64,000 bases of DNA from Guillardia theta CCMP2712 (GCF_000315625.1 NW_005434613.1:404441-468440); one strand, 5' to 3'. Counted from the first letter of the stretch, positions 1 to 13,706 are shown. Numbers and translations: made by a program. The notes: generated by a model not told the origin, from the sequence alone.

Positions 1-1363
1 CTCTAGCTCCTCCAGTCGCACCTGCAGCAGCCATCACGGCGACGTCGGGCAAACAAACTCTTCCTCACCTGAAGGGTGTTGAGGTTTTCCAGCGTCAGTT
101 TGATTTCCTCCACCGCCAGCAGCTTCTTGTCAACCTCGCAAACTCCCTCCTCCTGCACGTCTCCATCACTTTCTCCAACGGACAAGGTAGAGTCTGTCGT
201 CACCGACTGAGTGTACATGCCAAGTTCGCACCACAGGGCCTGATGTATCAATCAAGGGCAGCACAGCAAGAAGCATCGCTCAACCTGGATCTCTTTGATC
301 AATGTCTCTCTCTTCTGGGATCGGTTTTGCTGCTCAACAACATCATCGCGAGCAAGGCACGCTTGACAGCCTTGCCTTCTCCTTCTTCATCTCCTGGATC
401 CTCGACTCAAACTGCTCGATGCGGTTGAGAGTGAAGTCCGACAGAACCTGAAGGCCCCAGGGGTCAGCGACAGGAGACCTCACGACAAATCGACGGCATC
501 TGCATACCTTCAAGAACTTTGTTTGCTCTGTGGTAAGAGTATCATCCAGGTCATAGTACAAAGCACTCAATTCCTCCGCCTGTCCCCAAGTCAGGATCAT
601 TCTCTCGCTCTCTTCGGATTACCCTCGACGACAAGATCGCCGCTCGTTCAGCCTTCTTGGCCTCCAAGACTTCCAAGTACTCTGCCAATATCACTTCACC
701 GATCTCTCACCATCTCATCTCTCCCCCACCTTTGTGTGCCGTAAGGCAAGCTCGTAGGGTATCATGAGCTTTCAGCTCGTCGATCTTCGACGGCTCCCCT
801 ACCTCCAGCTCGATCGTGCAGACCCGAGCTCCGACAAGGCGCACCTGACTGACCAGGTTGCACTTGACCTCTTGCGTGCTGCTCAGCTTCGTCTCGAAGA
901 CTCGCTTCACCTCCGCAAACATCTCAGCCTTCGCGTTGTCGCACTCGTAGTCTGTATAGCCGATCTCGTTCCACAACGACTTGAGGGTCGTCAGAGCTGC
1001 TTCTGAAAGCCGAACTAGATCCTCGGGTTGTCCACAAGCTTGAGTTGCACAGAAGTTTTTCAGATCCTGGGGTGTTGTCTCATGGACCTGCATGATTTCT
1101 GGATCATTACACACAGCAATTGCTTCCTCCGAGCCTGCAAGACCATCTGCTTGCTGTGAAATATCATCCTTACAATCATCGCTTGCGCCTTCAGCTCCAT
1201 CTTCCTTGTCGTCAACCACCGTTTGCACAACTTCCTCACTGGGCTGAACAGCCTCGGTTGTGCTATCTTTGTTTTGATTGTCGAGTATTGGAAATTTCCA
1301 CTCCACTCTTTCAGAGTCTGTCGCAACACTGGGACTCTGATTCACTATATTCTCCATCTCCAT
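1..1363 (-). CDS. MAP65/ASE1/PRC1 microtubule-bundling protein (spliced, 3' end outside window)
   Basis: After an acidic N-terminal extension: LTTLKSLWNEIGY...MFAEVKRVFETKL, LTLNRIEQFESRIQEMKKEK, ALWCELG and LTLENLNTLQ, matching the repeated 'LW..lg' helical pattern of MAP65/Ase1. ATG at 1363; exons bounded by GT/AG. Confidence 0.75.
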
Positions 1364-1554
1364 CCGTCTGATTTGCCAAAATAACTTCTGCAAAGAAAGG
1401 ATCAGTGAATACCTAGATGTCACACATAGGATGAAAATAAATCATGTCTGTCTCGTTCCAATCTACGACAAATGTCTATGAAGGGTAAAGACATCCAAGA
1501 GAAAGCAGAGTAGGAAGCGCAGAGGAAAGCAATACACCGTGATAAATTTCTGCC

Positions 1555-1910
1555 CTATCCCTCCTAGTCTCTCCTCTCTCCCTCTCCCTTCTAGTCTCTC
1601 CTCTCTCCCTCTCCTCTCCCTTCTAGTCTCTCCTCTCTCCCTCTCCTCTCCCTTCTAGTCTCTCCTCTCTCCTTCTCCCCCCTACTCCCCTCCTCCCTCG
1701 CCCAGTCTCCTTGCTCCCTATCCTCTCCCTTCAAGTCTCTCCTCGCTCCCTCTCCTCTCCCTTCTAGTCTCTCCTCTCTCCCTCTCCTCTCCCTTCTAGT
1801 CTCTCCTCTCTCCTTCTCCCCCCTGCTCCCCGCCTCCCTCGCCCAGTCTCCTCGGCTCCCTCACCTCTCCCTTCTGGGCTCTCCTCTCTCGCTCTCCTCT
1901 CCCTTCTAGT
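1555..1910. repeat. Pyrimidine-rich tandem repeat (~32 bp unit ctagtctctcctctctccctctcctctccctt) with higher-order duplication
   Basis: Unit directly visible many times; a related ctagctcctctcctctccctt array lies at ~30940-31040. Confidence 0.85.
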
Positions 1911-2569
1911 CGTCTCCTCCCTGCGCCCTCCACGTTGCGGGGTGGGTCTCGTGTGGGGGGGGGTCGGGTACGGCTCGNNNNNNNNNNNNNNNNNNNNNNN
2001 NNNNNNNNNNNNNNNNNNNNNNNNNNNNNNNNNNNNNNNNNNNNNNNNNNNNNNNNNNNNNNNNNNNNNNNNNNNNNATAGTTATTTGCTTTAAAGTATT
2101 TTTATAAATGTGAACGACCCGGGAGGGAAGAGAGGGAGAGGGAGAGGGAGAGGGAGAGGGAGAGAGAGGGAGGGGGAGGGGGANNNNNNNNNNNNNNNNN
2201 NNNNNNNNNNNNNNNNNNNNNNNNNNNNNNNNNNNNNNNNNNNNNNNNNNNNNNNNNNNNNNNNNNNNNNNNNNNNNNNNNNNAGAAAAAAAATGTACCC
2301 CATTCTTGGCCCCATTGTAAGAAGGCCCCATTGCATCGTCGTGTTCTATTTTAACCCCCAACCTTGTATGTACACTCAACTACAAAAATGACGATCTTTG
2401 TGTTTCTCTAGTTTTGAAACCCAAAATCATCGCTCGATCGTAGAGCATTTTCCCTATTCGCATTCAAGACGGGATGTTACGATTGATTCACTCAGGAGAG
2501 AATGTATTGTTTGTCTCATTTTTGTCCATTTCCATCGTACAAAAGGAAATAAAAGGAAATGAAATCGTA

Positions 2570-3845
2570 TCACTTTGAAAGTTCTTCCAAGGCTCTTGCG
2601 ATGGCTCTTTTCTTTTCCATCCGAAACATTATCGCAGTTCGCATTTTATGGGACATCTCTCCCTGCAAACCAAAAAAGAAAAAGAAAGAAAAAGAAAAAA
2701 TCAACATCAGCATTCTTATAGTTCACTGCTGGAAATCAGATCATGTCACCAACCTTTTGCAGAAGGATTTCATCATCATCCAAAGTCGTGCTGAATCTCT
2801 TCAATGTTGCCTCGAGGCCTTGAGCATCGAGGCCCATGCACACATATGGAATCCCTTGGACTGGCTCGGACGTTGCAGGCAACAAGAGCTGTTTCACATC
2901 ATGGCTATTGCTGGATTCGACAAACCCGTAGTCTTGTATGATCCTGTCATTGTTGAGATTCCCACCACCGTAGGGGAAATTAATTTGCTGTCCCGCAAAA
3001 ATTTTCTTCCCAGCAATAATCTGAAACAATCCATCACGCGTTGCCTTCAACTGGTGAGGAGAGGCTGCATCGTGGTTGAACATGTCAATCATTGGAATCA
3101 GGTACTTGACAGCACCATCTTCATTCGTGTAGATTGTGAGGACTCGACTGACAATCTGGTACACACCCCAAAGAAACTCTTCCCACGTGAACTTAATGTC
3201 GTTCGAAAGCCCAACCTGGCTGGCTTCATACGTGCTTCGCAACATTGCAACCCTCGACTTGGTTTCCTGTATCACTGCATCCCATTCCAGCGCATTCAGC
3301 TCATTTTCACTGTAGAACTCTGTTGTGTCGCATTGCTCATACTTGGGCAGCATATCAAAGAAAGGTTGAAACCACCCGTTTCTCCTCCGCTCTTCGTCCT
3401 TCTCGATCCTAACTAGCTGAGCAGCAGCATATCCAGGGTTAACGCCATCAGATCCAAGATTCAAACAGATATCTCTAGGGATGGATACTATCACTTCTCC
3501 TTCCTCAATGTTTTTCTCGGCCGCTACTCCTCTCAGGCCATCGAAGTCGGCTATCGCAACCTTGGAAACCGAAGCACCTCCCGCCTTGAGCCACTGAAAG
3601 AATCTCTCGCTATCCGCAGAATCTATCCTGCTCGCTTTCCCCGCCAACGTTGGCTTCGCACCGAAACCCTTTGCGACTGGAGCTCCCTTCTTCGGACTCT
3701 TCTTCGCCATCATGAGCGGTGCCATATTGCTCTGCCGAGGAACAGTCTTGCCGCATCTCAGAGGGAGTTGGCAATGAAATGCGCTTGTAGTCGTCAAGGC
3801 CTGGATGAACAGTACAGACAGTGTCGTCAGAGTGCAAGATGGCAT
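2570..3845 (-). CDS. SET-domain lysine methyltransferase (Rubisco LSMT-like) with bipartite plastid presequence
   Basis: GLRGVAA...IVSIP, LIPMIDMFNHD, INFPYG..NNDRIIQDYGF. Intron 2753-2663 joins a last exon GEMSHKMRTAIMFRMEKKRAIARALEELSK* (TGA at 2572-2570). N-terminus MPSCTLTTLSVLFIQALTTTSA-F is a signal peptide plus Phe. Confidence 0.88.
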
Positions 3846-4383
3846 CTTCGATCAAGCCTCTCCTCCTCTCCTCCTCCTCTACTATTCCCTTCCTCCGACG
3901 TACATGTCGGCCTCCAAAGTAACGGGTTCGTAACGAATCAACCTGAGAGTTCACGGCGGGGCGGACTCGGTGAGTCGGCTTTGCCACGGTACTATTCAAA
4001 GGCTTGAACCGGCCCGGCCGCGGCGAACTGGGTACCGTACGTGAATGCCCGGCGCGTGCGGAGGCGGCCGGGGCCCGGGCATCAGGAGAGGCTCGGGGAC
4101 AAGGCTAACGTCGAAAGTTCGGACCAACAGACTCTGTGACTCCGAGCCGCGACTGAGTCACTACTACGGTATCTCACTGCCACTGAGCCTGCTATTTCCC
4201 GCCGGATTCGGCATCATGCCCATCACTACAGACTGGAAGGCAAAACAGAGACTGCAGGTTGGCTTTCAATAAACAAAGTTTAGAACATCGACTGGCAACA
4301 TGCCTCGCTACAGTGTGGCGTCAGCATGGGCAAGGAAATGACAACTTGTAGAAATCTGAAGATGGCATTGTCCTAAGATTGGC

Positions 4384-5432
4384 TTAGTGAGCGCTTTCCT
4401 GGAGAAGACATGTAAGCTGCAGGTTTTCTGAGACACACAACAAAGGGGGAAGAACCTTGACGTATTCATCGTAAGCTTTCTGTAAGAGAGAGGTCAGAGC
4501 TAATTCGAACGACATCAAGTCAATTGTGCACCTGGTCCATGAGATCCTTGAAAGGAGCAGAATCTCCGACCTCAATCTGCATGAAAGGATTACCGTACAT
4601 TCAGAGAAGGACGAGTTGCAGTCAGCAACAAGATCAGTTGTTTGTGAAAGGAAACGTGAAACTGGCAACGATTGGTGAAGTGATGATGACGGGGAGATCA
4701 GCTTCGAACCTTGATCATCCAGCCCTTGTCGGTAGGGGAAGAGTTGACAAGGCTTGGTTCGGAAGAGAGGGTGTCATTGACTCCGATGACCTTGCCTAAA
4801 AAATCCAAGTCACCAATGCAAATCTCGGGACTCTGATGTAAACGGAACCTGCCAAAGGGCTGTAAACATCGGCAGCAGCCTACCATCGACATCCATGTCA
4901 GCAGAACTGTAAGATCAGGAACATTGAAAGCACCTTGACAGATTCCACAGCTCCGAAGCTGTCGCCCGCCTTATACTCAGATCCCTGATGAAGCCATCAA
5001 CAACACACCAGCACCTATATGCAGAACTCACCACTTCTGGGAGGTCAACATATACAATTTCGCCGAGTTCCTGTTATTACTCTCGTTACCCTCTCAACAA
5101 CTCCGATCAAGGTTCTGCATCGCCACGTCACCTCCTGCGCATGAGCAGAGATCCCCAGAGTGGCAGTCTTGTTGTCAAGCTTAACCCATTCGTGCGACTT
5201 GGTGTACTTGAGTTCGGCGGCCTTTAGGGAAGCTGTACTTTCAAGTCAGAACACTGCAAGTTTGAAACTCTGTTGCACTCACACACTGAGAAGCATCTGA
5301 ACTGCTGGCGCACAGCGACTGATCTGGCGAAAGCAGGTGCGCTGCGACACTGATCAGCCTCTTGCCACTTGTCGTTGATAAGAGTCACCGTCTTCCGATG
5401 GAGCGGGCAAGAACAGGAAGGGATTGAAGCAT
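4384..5432 (-). CDS. GCSH: Glycine cleavage system H protein, mitochondrial (~10 exons)
   Basis: Exons read [20 protein letters not shown] / [12 protein letters not shown] / [11 protein letters not shown] / [10 protein letters not shown] / [29 protein letters not shown] / IEVG..LMDQ / KAYDEYVK / ESAH*. Lipoyl-Lys motif VESVKAA present; Arg-rich presequence [15 protein letters not shown]. Confidence 0.93.
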
Positions 5433-8051
5433 GATCTGCATTACAGATACATTGTCATCATGAGACCAAGAGCATTTCGTATTGGAACGTTCGGATTGAA
5501 ACATACTTCCTCGCCCCGACAAAAATTTTACAGCAGCAATCAAGAATCTGCTCATCATCTAATGCCGTAGAACAGCAAACGAGATTGTTTAGGACAAATC
5601 GTTTCGGATCTAGCTATATCATCTTGTCCAGCGCCAAGATCAATCTTCTTAACCCCAGCAAATCCTCTTACTACTGGCAAACACGCAATCCATGAGTGCA
5701 TGGGGGAACCAAATACATCTCAAACACCAGGTCACACATTGTCGTTCAACTGGAAAGCATAAGACGGGCAAGCGATCTTGCGGCCATTTAAACACTGGCT
5801 CAACAACATTGCTCATCATTTTCTTCCATCCCCCTTTCTCTCCGCTCTCATCCCGCGCTCTCCGGATTTCCGTACGAAGCCGCCATGATGAGAAGGATCT
5901 AAAGGGGCTCTGATGGGGTGGGGGGTCCTCTTTCGATCGTTATTAACTCGAAACATAGTTATATAAAATGTTATTATTATTATTTTCATACAATTGTTTC
6001 ATAAAACATTTCTAAAATAACAGTAGAATTTACTAATAAGCGATTAAAGCATTACTAACAGTCAAAGATAGCCAATGCGCGGGGTGGGTGTGGAAACGTT
6101 TCTCCGGGGTTACTGCAATTCACAGTACTGAATTGCTTTCATAAAAATATTAGTGAGAAAGGTTTTGTAGACTAAACTTATTGTAATACTATATATTACA
6201 AAGACATGGGGTAAACACTGGTATTTCGAAAACTTCTTTGGGACTTTACAGCTGATCCACAAATTCTTTGGTAGCAACCTCTTTCCGCGGTTTTTCAGAC
6301 TACCCTACCTTATCACCCCATTTTTCAATGTACCCTATCAGAGGATACATATACCCCAACAATACTGTGCGATTTGGTTTCAAAAAGTACCCCTACTTTT
6401 CTACCTCTACCCCCTTCAGATATTGTTCACCCCCAGTTCCCCCACTGGCACTATGCGTGTGCTTTTCTCCCCAACACTGCAAGTCCAACCACCCCCACCC
6501 CCATCGATATCACCCCACCCCCGCAAATTCTGTCTGAACAATGAAGCTGATGTCCCCACCCTCCGCTATCATACGAATACCACCCCTGATTTCTTCAGGA
6601 AAACCAAAAAAATTACCCCTACCCACCTATTTAAAACTTGTGCACCCTACCCCCCATTACATCGTTTACACCGAGTTCGCCGGGCTTTTGACTTGGTGAG
6701 GTGGCCCGGGCGCCCGGCGCCGATTCAAGTTTATTCAGTGTGCCCGGGCCCCCGGCGGCGGTGGCCCCGGCGTCTGGCCCGGCCCGGGCCAACCCGCTGA
6801 GTAACGTGGGACACACTACCGTACTGTTCTGGGAAACTTGAAACGTACCGTAGGCTCACCGTGTGGCACTGAGTCCTTCAACGGCCGCGAGCCGGCGGCC
6901 GGGAGAGTCACATCAGTGATGGGCCCCAAGTTCACACCGGCGGCGCGCCGCTGCCGCCCACTGCTCACTGTGCGCGGCCCGCCTCTGGCAGTGGCACCGT
7001 GCCAGACTGAGAGTCACTGAGTGACTCGCTCACTGATCGGACGGTCAGCGCGGCAAGTGGCACCAGTTCTGGCAAAGTGCGCCCGGAGTCTGTGAGTTTG
7101 CTTTATTCAAGGAAATACAACTCCGAACGGATCTTCGAATGACTGCAATAGTTCTCCTTGATGCCCCTGAGCACTGGCATGAAGAGCCCGCAAATGTTCG
7201 AAACAAAGTGTCATCCTTTGTTAGAAGTAGAGATGAAAATTTATCCAGGGTAGTAGCGGACGCCGCAGCAGGACTCACCATCGGGAGGGTTCCAGACCTG
7301 GACAGGGTTCGACGAATCAGGAAAGGATGTCTACACCATCAGGAAGGGAAAAGGCATTACCTCTCCAGAGCTGGTGTTGTCCGGCATGTCAACAATGGCA
7401 CCCAACTGCGCAGTTCCATCACCTTTGAACATTGATACGTTGGGGGATCCTCCGTACAGGCACTGGGTGATTTGCTTTCCAAACATCTGTCACCCAAGAG
7501 GTCAGCAAGGCAGAGGACGTTCGGTAACTACAATCAAATAAAAAAAGGGGGTAGAAGAAATTCCTCGGAGTTGTTGCCGATTTTTCTGACTTTCGAACAA
7601 ACATCCACTCTACAGAATACCTTTTCTTTGAAACAATTTCACTGTATCACCGCTACATCGAAAGGGAAGAATTATCACATCGAGAGCACAAAGCCTATCC
7701 ATCTCATGTGCAACATTGAGTGTCTACGGATAAACGATTCTCTTGTAGGAAAACCCTGTGCCTTCGTTTTGGCAATTTTCAGCAACTGTCAATCCACACT
7801 ATCACAAAGTGATTTTCACAGACTTTGAACTTCTGCAAAGATTCATCAATGTCCTCGGACACATTGAACAATTGGGATCAAGTATCGAATATCAACTGAC
7901 CACTACATCCTACAATTTTTCCGATATTGACATTCTTTGGATAACTAGACTGACGGGTCTTTCCTTCCGCACAGTTCACTCCAAAACCATCTCTATAGCA
8001 CTCGTTTCAGCACTGTTGTCTTCCTTTACAGGAAATTTCTACTCACAATTA

Positions 8052-8170
8052 CATCTCATCTCATCTCATCTCATCTCATCTCATCTCATCTCATCTCATC
8101 TCATCTCATCTCATCTCATCTCATCTCATCTCATCTGATATGATATGATCTCATCTCATCTCATCTCATC
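8052..8170. repeat. (CATCT)n microsatellite
   Basis: About 20 copies with one short interruption. Confidence 0.95.
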
Positions 8171-8434
8171 GTCCTCAACCCGCTCCCGCTCCCTGTTGAT
8201 CCGAGATATTTCCTCTCCTCTCACACCTCCTGACTGCTCTCCGCCATCATTCCGGGAAACTCGCCGCCATCCTCCGTCTTTAATCACTGCGCCATTGGCT
8301 GCCCCTTCGCACACTAAAAAGAACCGTTACAATCACAATCGGTATATAACGGATATTATACGGGGGTAAATCAACTAAACTTTATTAGTCAACAGAGCCG
8401 AACTGAGGGTCTTGTGGAATTCGACGCGAGGGCG

Positions 8435-9323
8435 ATGGCGATGAAACTGGTTTACTTCGACCTGAGGGGGAAGGCAGAGGTCCTTCGCCTCATGCTCCAT
8501 GTCGCAGGGCAGGAGTTTGATGACTGTCCTGGGGGTGAGTCGTCTCTGTTTCCCTGCATGCTGTCTGTCTTGTGCGCGCGCGTTGAATCCGTGCCTTGGG
8601 ATCTCCGGAGGATCGCACGTGAGGTGGGGAAATTGTGTTTTGAGTCTGTGTATGTGCATGCAAGGCGGAACTGTGTATTGTGATCAAGTGGAATCATGAA
8701 TGTCAGATGCTAAGTACGCCGGATTGGTCTGATCTTCTTGATTTGTCAGGGGTGAACAAGGCAGATTGGGATTCTCAGTTGCTGTTCGGGCAACTTCCGC
8801 TGCTCATCGATGGGGATCGCAAGATTGTCCAGTCTGGAGCGATCGCTCGCTACCTTGCCTCCAAACTGAACTTGTGCGGAAGCACTGAGGATGATAAGCT
8901 TCTGTGCGATCAGTTGTACGAGGGGGCTGAAGACGTGTTTCAAGCCCTCTGGCCGGCATGCACAAAATACCGCGGCGGAAGTCCTGAGGCCCTGGAGAAG
9001 GTGCTTGCGGAGGGGGGCAATGTACACAAGTACTTGACAAGGTTCAACGCCATCCTTGAAGGAAAGAAGTTCTTCCTTGGCGAAACTTTCAGCTATGCAG
9101 ACCTTGCCCTTTACAACGTTTTGACACTCTCCAGTGCCATTGACGTGAACAATTACATAGCGCCTAACTTCCCTAACATCAAGAAGCACTTCGATGCGGT
9201 CGAAGCTCATCCTAAGATCGACGCATGTAACTCACAGACTTTTGCTTCCATCGGTCTTCTGATCTTCACACAGATAACAAGTCGGGGAAGCGACGCCCTC
9301 CATTCGAGCCCTTCACGTTCTAG
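8435..9323 (+). CDS. GST: Glutathione S-transferase (Tyr-type, sigma/alpha/pi-like), 3 exons
   Basis: MKLVYFDLRGKAEVLRLML, FGQLPLL..GDRKIVQSGAIARYLA, FFLGETFSYADLAL. Introns 8535-8749 and ~9227-9273; last exon YNKSGKRRPPFEPFTF*. Confidence 0.93.
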
Positions 9324-10040
9324 AAAGTGTCAATTCCTAGAGCTCGTTGCTTCGTATGCTGTAGGTAGCAGCGTAGCATTGATGCAAAACAAGTACAATT
9401 GGGTTTTGAAGAGCAAGCGGCACTGTCACTCACACTACATTACATTAGTACGATGTAATTGCCTCGCGGCTTTTTGGCTAGGCAAGTTGGGAGCGTGCGA
9501 GACTGAGTGAAATTCAGCCCGCACGCAGATCACATGAAAGCACATCGAGACGGGCCTCACGTTATTGCTTGAGCCTGAACTGACGCCGCGAGTTTGATGA
9601 CAAGACCGGCCCATGCACTGAACAAGAACTTGATGTATTGCTGCACGTACGGGAGTACCCGTGGCAGTCCGATCCTACTTGCCGCGCGGCCCGGCGCAGT
9701 CACGCTGCCCGGCCGGTGCACTCAGCGGTGCCGGCGGTCTCGGAGGCGGCTCTGCCACTGATTCCCGGAGGCACCCGGGCCTTCCGCTCTCCGCTGAGGC
9801 GGACTGGAACCATTTCAATTGAGTAAAACTTCAAGAGCGGCAGCTCCAGTCCGCCCGCCACCTTCCCAAAAAGGAAAGCAAACTCGCCCGACGACCGTCT
9901 GCCCCAAATTGCTCAATTAAATTTTTCATTAAATTTTGAAATTTCCTCCCGGTTTATGAAATGTACATCACGATCTGAAATTACCCCTCCCGCCCTCTCT
10001 TACTCCGCTCCTTCCCCCGCCTTGCTATCACCGCCAAGCC

Positions 10041-11272
10041 ATGGTACGTCGCCGCCATGCACAGCTCGCGCAAATCTCTCATCTACACCCTCCTCCTCCC
10101 TCCCTCCTCTCCTCCCCCCCGTTCTCGTAGTGCAATGCTATCGTTATTAGAAGCTCTTCATTCTTCCTGCTGCTCCTTCCCCTTCCCATGCCACATCGTC
10201 TCTTGATACCCCCTCCGCTTCTGTTGTTTGTAAGCCCTTCCTCAAGCTTTCCCTCTCCACCTTTCCATAGCTTTGCTGCTCCATCTTATCTCCTCTCCTT
10301 TTCTCGAAACGGTTGTCCTCGCATAACATCTCACCTTCGAGTTGCTTTTGACTTCCTTCACAGAGCTCTAGGAGACCCCGTAGACGAGTACAAGCTGATG
10401 ATGATTCCGAGCCGCCTGCGAGCTCGCCAGCAGCCGCGAGCTCGCCAGCAGCGGCCCAATCTAGCTCTAATATGCCGACTCCAGCAAGCGAGCCAGCGAT
10501 AAGCCAAGTGAGAAGACTTGCGAGAGGAGATGCAGGCGGCTGACTTGCCTTGTCTGCGCAGGACCGTGTTGAGAACAGCGATGATGAAGGAGAAGATCTC
10601 CATGACGAGACCCAGCTGGCAAGGGACTACATGCCCGTGCCGGAGTTGGATACTTACGACCAGGAGGACCTCGATGGGTCGGAGTATTCACCCATGTCGC
10701 CTTCAGCTCGCATTGCAGCTGAGGCTCAGATGCGAAAGAGAGATCGAGATACACAGAAGGCAGCCGGCAGAGTCCCCCGAGCTCTTCGTGGGTTCGATGA
10801 CGACGACGAGCGCCCGTCGCGTCGCCGCCGCAGGGAGAGGGAGGAGGCGGCTGGGCTGGAGTCTGCAGATGTCTCGGTGAACATTGAGGACCTCCCAGAG
10901 GGAGTTTCGCTCCCGGACTTCATCCAGACGGACATCGCGAAGAGGGAGATCAAGAGGCGATTCGGAGTGTTCCTGCGCACCTTCACGGACGAGCAGGGGA
11001 GAGCCGTGTACCGTGACAAGATCAAGCGGATGTGCGATGCGAACAAGCAGAGCTTGGAGGTCAGCTACATGCATCTCTCAAATGCTCAGCGCATCTTCGG
11101 CATCTGGGTGGCGGACGCCCCCGAGCCGATCCTCGAGGTTCTGAACGAGGCGGCGATGGACGTGGTGCTGCAGCTCTACCCCAACTACGAGGACATCCAT
11201 AGCGAGATCTTCGTGCGCATCATTGAGCTCCCTATCACCGACAAGCTGCGAGATATCCGACAGGTCGATCTT

Positions 11273-11324
<52 letters not shown>

Positions 11325-13245
11325 TCCCTTCCTCTCCCACCCTCTCCGTCTACTCTACTTTCCTCCTCCACCACGCTTTCCGCATTATCTGCTTCCTCCG
11401 TGCTGCTTCATACTGGGACTGAATCGCTCTGCGCAGGTTCACCTCAACGTTCTCGTCAAGGTGGGAGGAGTCATCACAAGGAGGACGGCGATCTATCCGC
11501 AGCTCAAGCTCGTCATGTTCGAGTGCGGCAAGTGCGGCCTCGTCTTCGGCCCCTTCTACCAGCAGAACGCTGCCAGTGACGTCAAGCCCGGGTCCTGCCC
11601 GGAGTGCCAGAGCCGGGGCCCGTTGAGCGTGAACCAGGAGAGGACGGTCTACCGCAACTACCAGAAGATGACGTTGCAGGAGACGCCCGGGACGGTCCCA
11701 GCTGGGCGTCTGCCCCGATACAAGGACGTGATCCTCGTCGGTGATCTGATCGACTGCGCGAGGCCCGGGGAGCAGGTGGAGGTGACGGGCGTCTACAAGA
11801 ACAACTTTGACTCCTCCCTCAACACCAAGAACGGCTTCCCCGTCTTCGCTACCATAATCGAGGCCAACCACGTGAGCAAGAAGGACGACATCTACTCGCC
11901 CTTCCGCCTGACTGAGGACGACGAGACCAAGATCCGTGAGCTCTCCAAGGACCCTCAGATCGTTCAGAAGATCGTCTCCAGCATCGCTCCCTCCATCTTC
12001 GGGCACGAGGACGTCAAGACTGCCCTCGCGCTCTCGATGTTCGGAGGGCAGGCCAAGGACATCTCAGGCAAGCACAGGATCAGAGGAGACATCAACGTCC
12101 TCCTCCTCGGTGACCCGGGAACGGCCAAGTCTCAGTTCCTCAAGTACGTAGAGAAGAGCATGCCTCGCGCCATCTTCGCCACGGGCAAGGGAGCGAGTGC
12201 GGTCGGTCTGACCGCCGGAGTTCATCGGGACCCGATCACGAGGGAGTGGACACTGGAAGGAGGAGCGCTGGTGCTGGCCGACACAGGCGTCTGCCTCATC
12301 GACGAGTTTGACAAGATGTCAGACCAGGACAGGACCAGCATCCACGAGGCGATGGAGCAGCAGAGCATCTCAGTGTCTAAGGCCGGGATCGTGACCAGCC
12401 TGCAGGCGAGGTGCGCGGTGATCGCAGCCGCCAACCCCAAGGCAGGACGGTACAACTCGTCCATGCACTTCCACGAGAACGTTGAGCTGACTGAGCCCAT
12501 CCTCTCTCGCTTCGACGTGCTGTGTGTGGTGAAAGATACTATCGATCCCATCCTGGACAGCCAGCTCGCGGACTTTGTGGTCCAGTCGCACGACAGGAGC
12601 CATCCCGGGAAGCGAGCGGAGGCGGAGGCAGCAGGAGAGGAGGCGAGCGACGAGGGGGAGGGGCCGATCCCTCAGAGTCTTCTGAAGAAGTACATCGTGT
12701 ACGCCAAGAAGCACGTCAGGCCCAAGATCAGCCAGATCGACAGCGACAAGGTCACGAAACTTTACGCGGAGCTGAGGAGGGAAAGCGAGGCGGGGGGAGG
12801 GATCCCGATCGCTGTCCGCCACGTCGAGAGTATTATCCGAATGTCCGAGTCGTTTGCTAGGATGCACTTGCGTGAGATCGTGAGGGACGACGACGTGAAC
12901 TTGGCGATCCGAGTCATGCTGGACTCCTTCATCTCCTCCCAGAAGTACAGCGTGCAGCGCAACCTCCGGCGCTCCTTCCATCGCTACCTCGCCTTCCAGA
13001 AGGACAACAACGAGCTTCTCCTCTACATCCTCCAGGCCATGGTCAGGGACGAGCTCCAGTACACGCGCTCCCGCAACTTCCTTCGGCTGCAAGAGGAGGA
13101 GGAGGTCAAGGTGGAGCAGCAGGACTTTGAGCAGAGGGCCAAGAACATCGGCGTCCACCAGTTCCACGACTTCTACGCTTCCCAGCTCTTCAGCTCGAAG
13201 TTCCGCCTCGACAAGTCGACCAAGATGATCGTTTGCTCGTCCTAA
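10041..13245 (+). CDS. MCM2: DNA replication licensing factor MCM2 (4 exons)
   Basis: DEGEDL..RDY..PELDTYD histone-binding region, Zn finger CGKCG..CPECQS, Walker [17 protein letters not shown], arginine finger SRFD. Exons 10041-10043, 10364-10507, 10562-11263, 11437-13245. Confidence 0.97.
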
Positions 13246-13337
13246 GCTGGGGCGTTCTAGAGGCCCGCGAAGATTTGTACTTGTTTCAAATAAATCTACA
13301 AGATGATATTCCACCTGCTCCCGCTCCGGCTGCTGCC

Positions 13338-13376
<39 letters not shown>

Positions 13377-13706
13377 TCTCCTGCTCCTCCTTCTCCTGCT
13401 CCTGCTCCTGCTCCTGCTCCACCAGCTTCTCTTCCTCCTCTCCCTTCATCCGCGCAACTGTTACTTGTCGAACTCCACCACCTGATCCGTATGCTCCTGT
13501 CTCTGCTGCCCTTTCCCCTTCCCTCCTTCGACTCATCCTCGCCCTCCGCTCGTGGTTTTCTCTTGCGTTTCGCTGAGGTTCAAGGACGCGGGGGGGGGGA
13601 GAAGAGAAGGAAATTTATATAGAGGTGGACAAGCGAGGGAAACGAGAAGGCAGGAGGAGGAGAGGGAGAAGGAGGAGAGGGAGGAGGAAGAAGCGGATGA
13701 GTGTTT

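Noticed and set aside
2559-3416. 285-aa + strand ORF (and similar antisense ORFs over GST, MCM2 and the channel)
   Set aside because: Shadows of real genes on the opposite strand; no motifs.
7433-7435. In-frame TGA as possible selenocysteine or readthrough
   Set aside because: No recognisable selenoprotein motif or SECIS; the frame is not convincingly coding.
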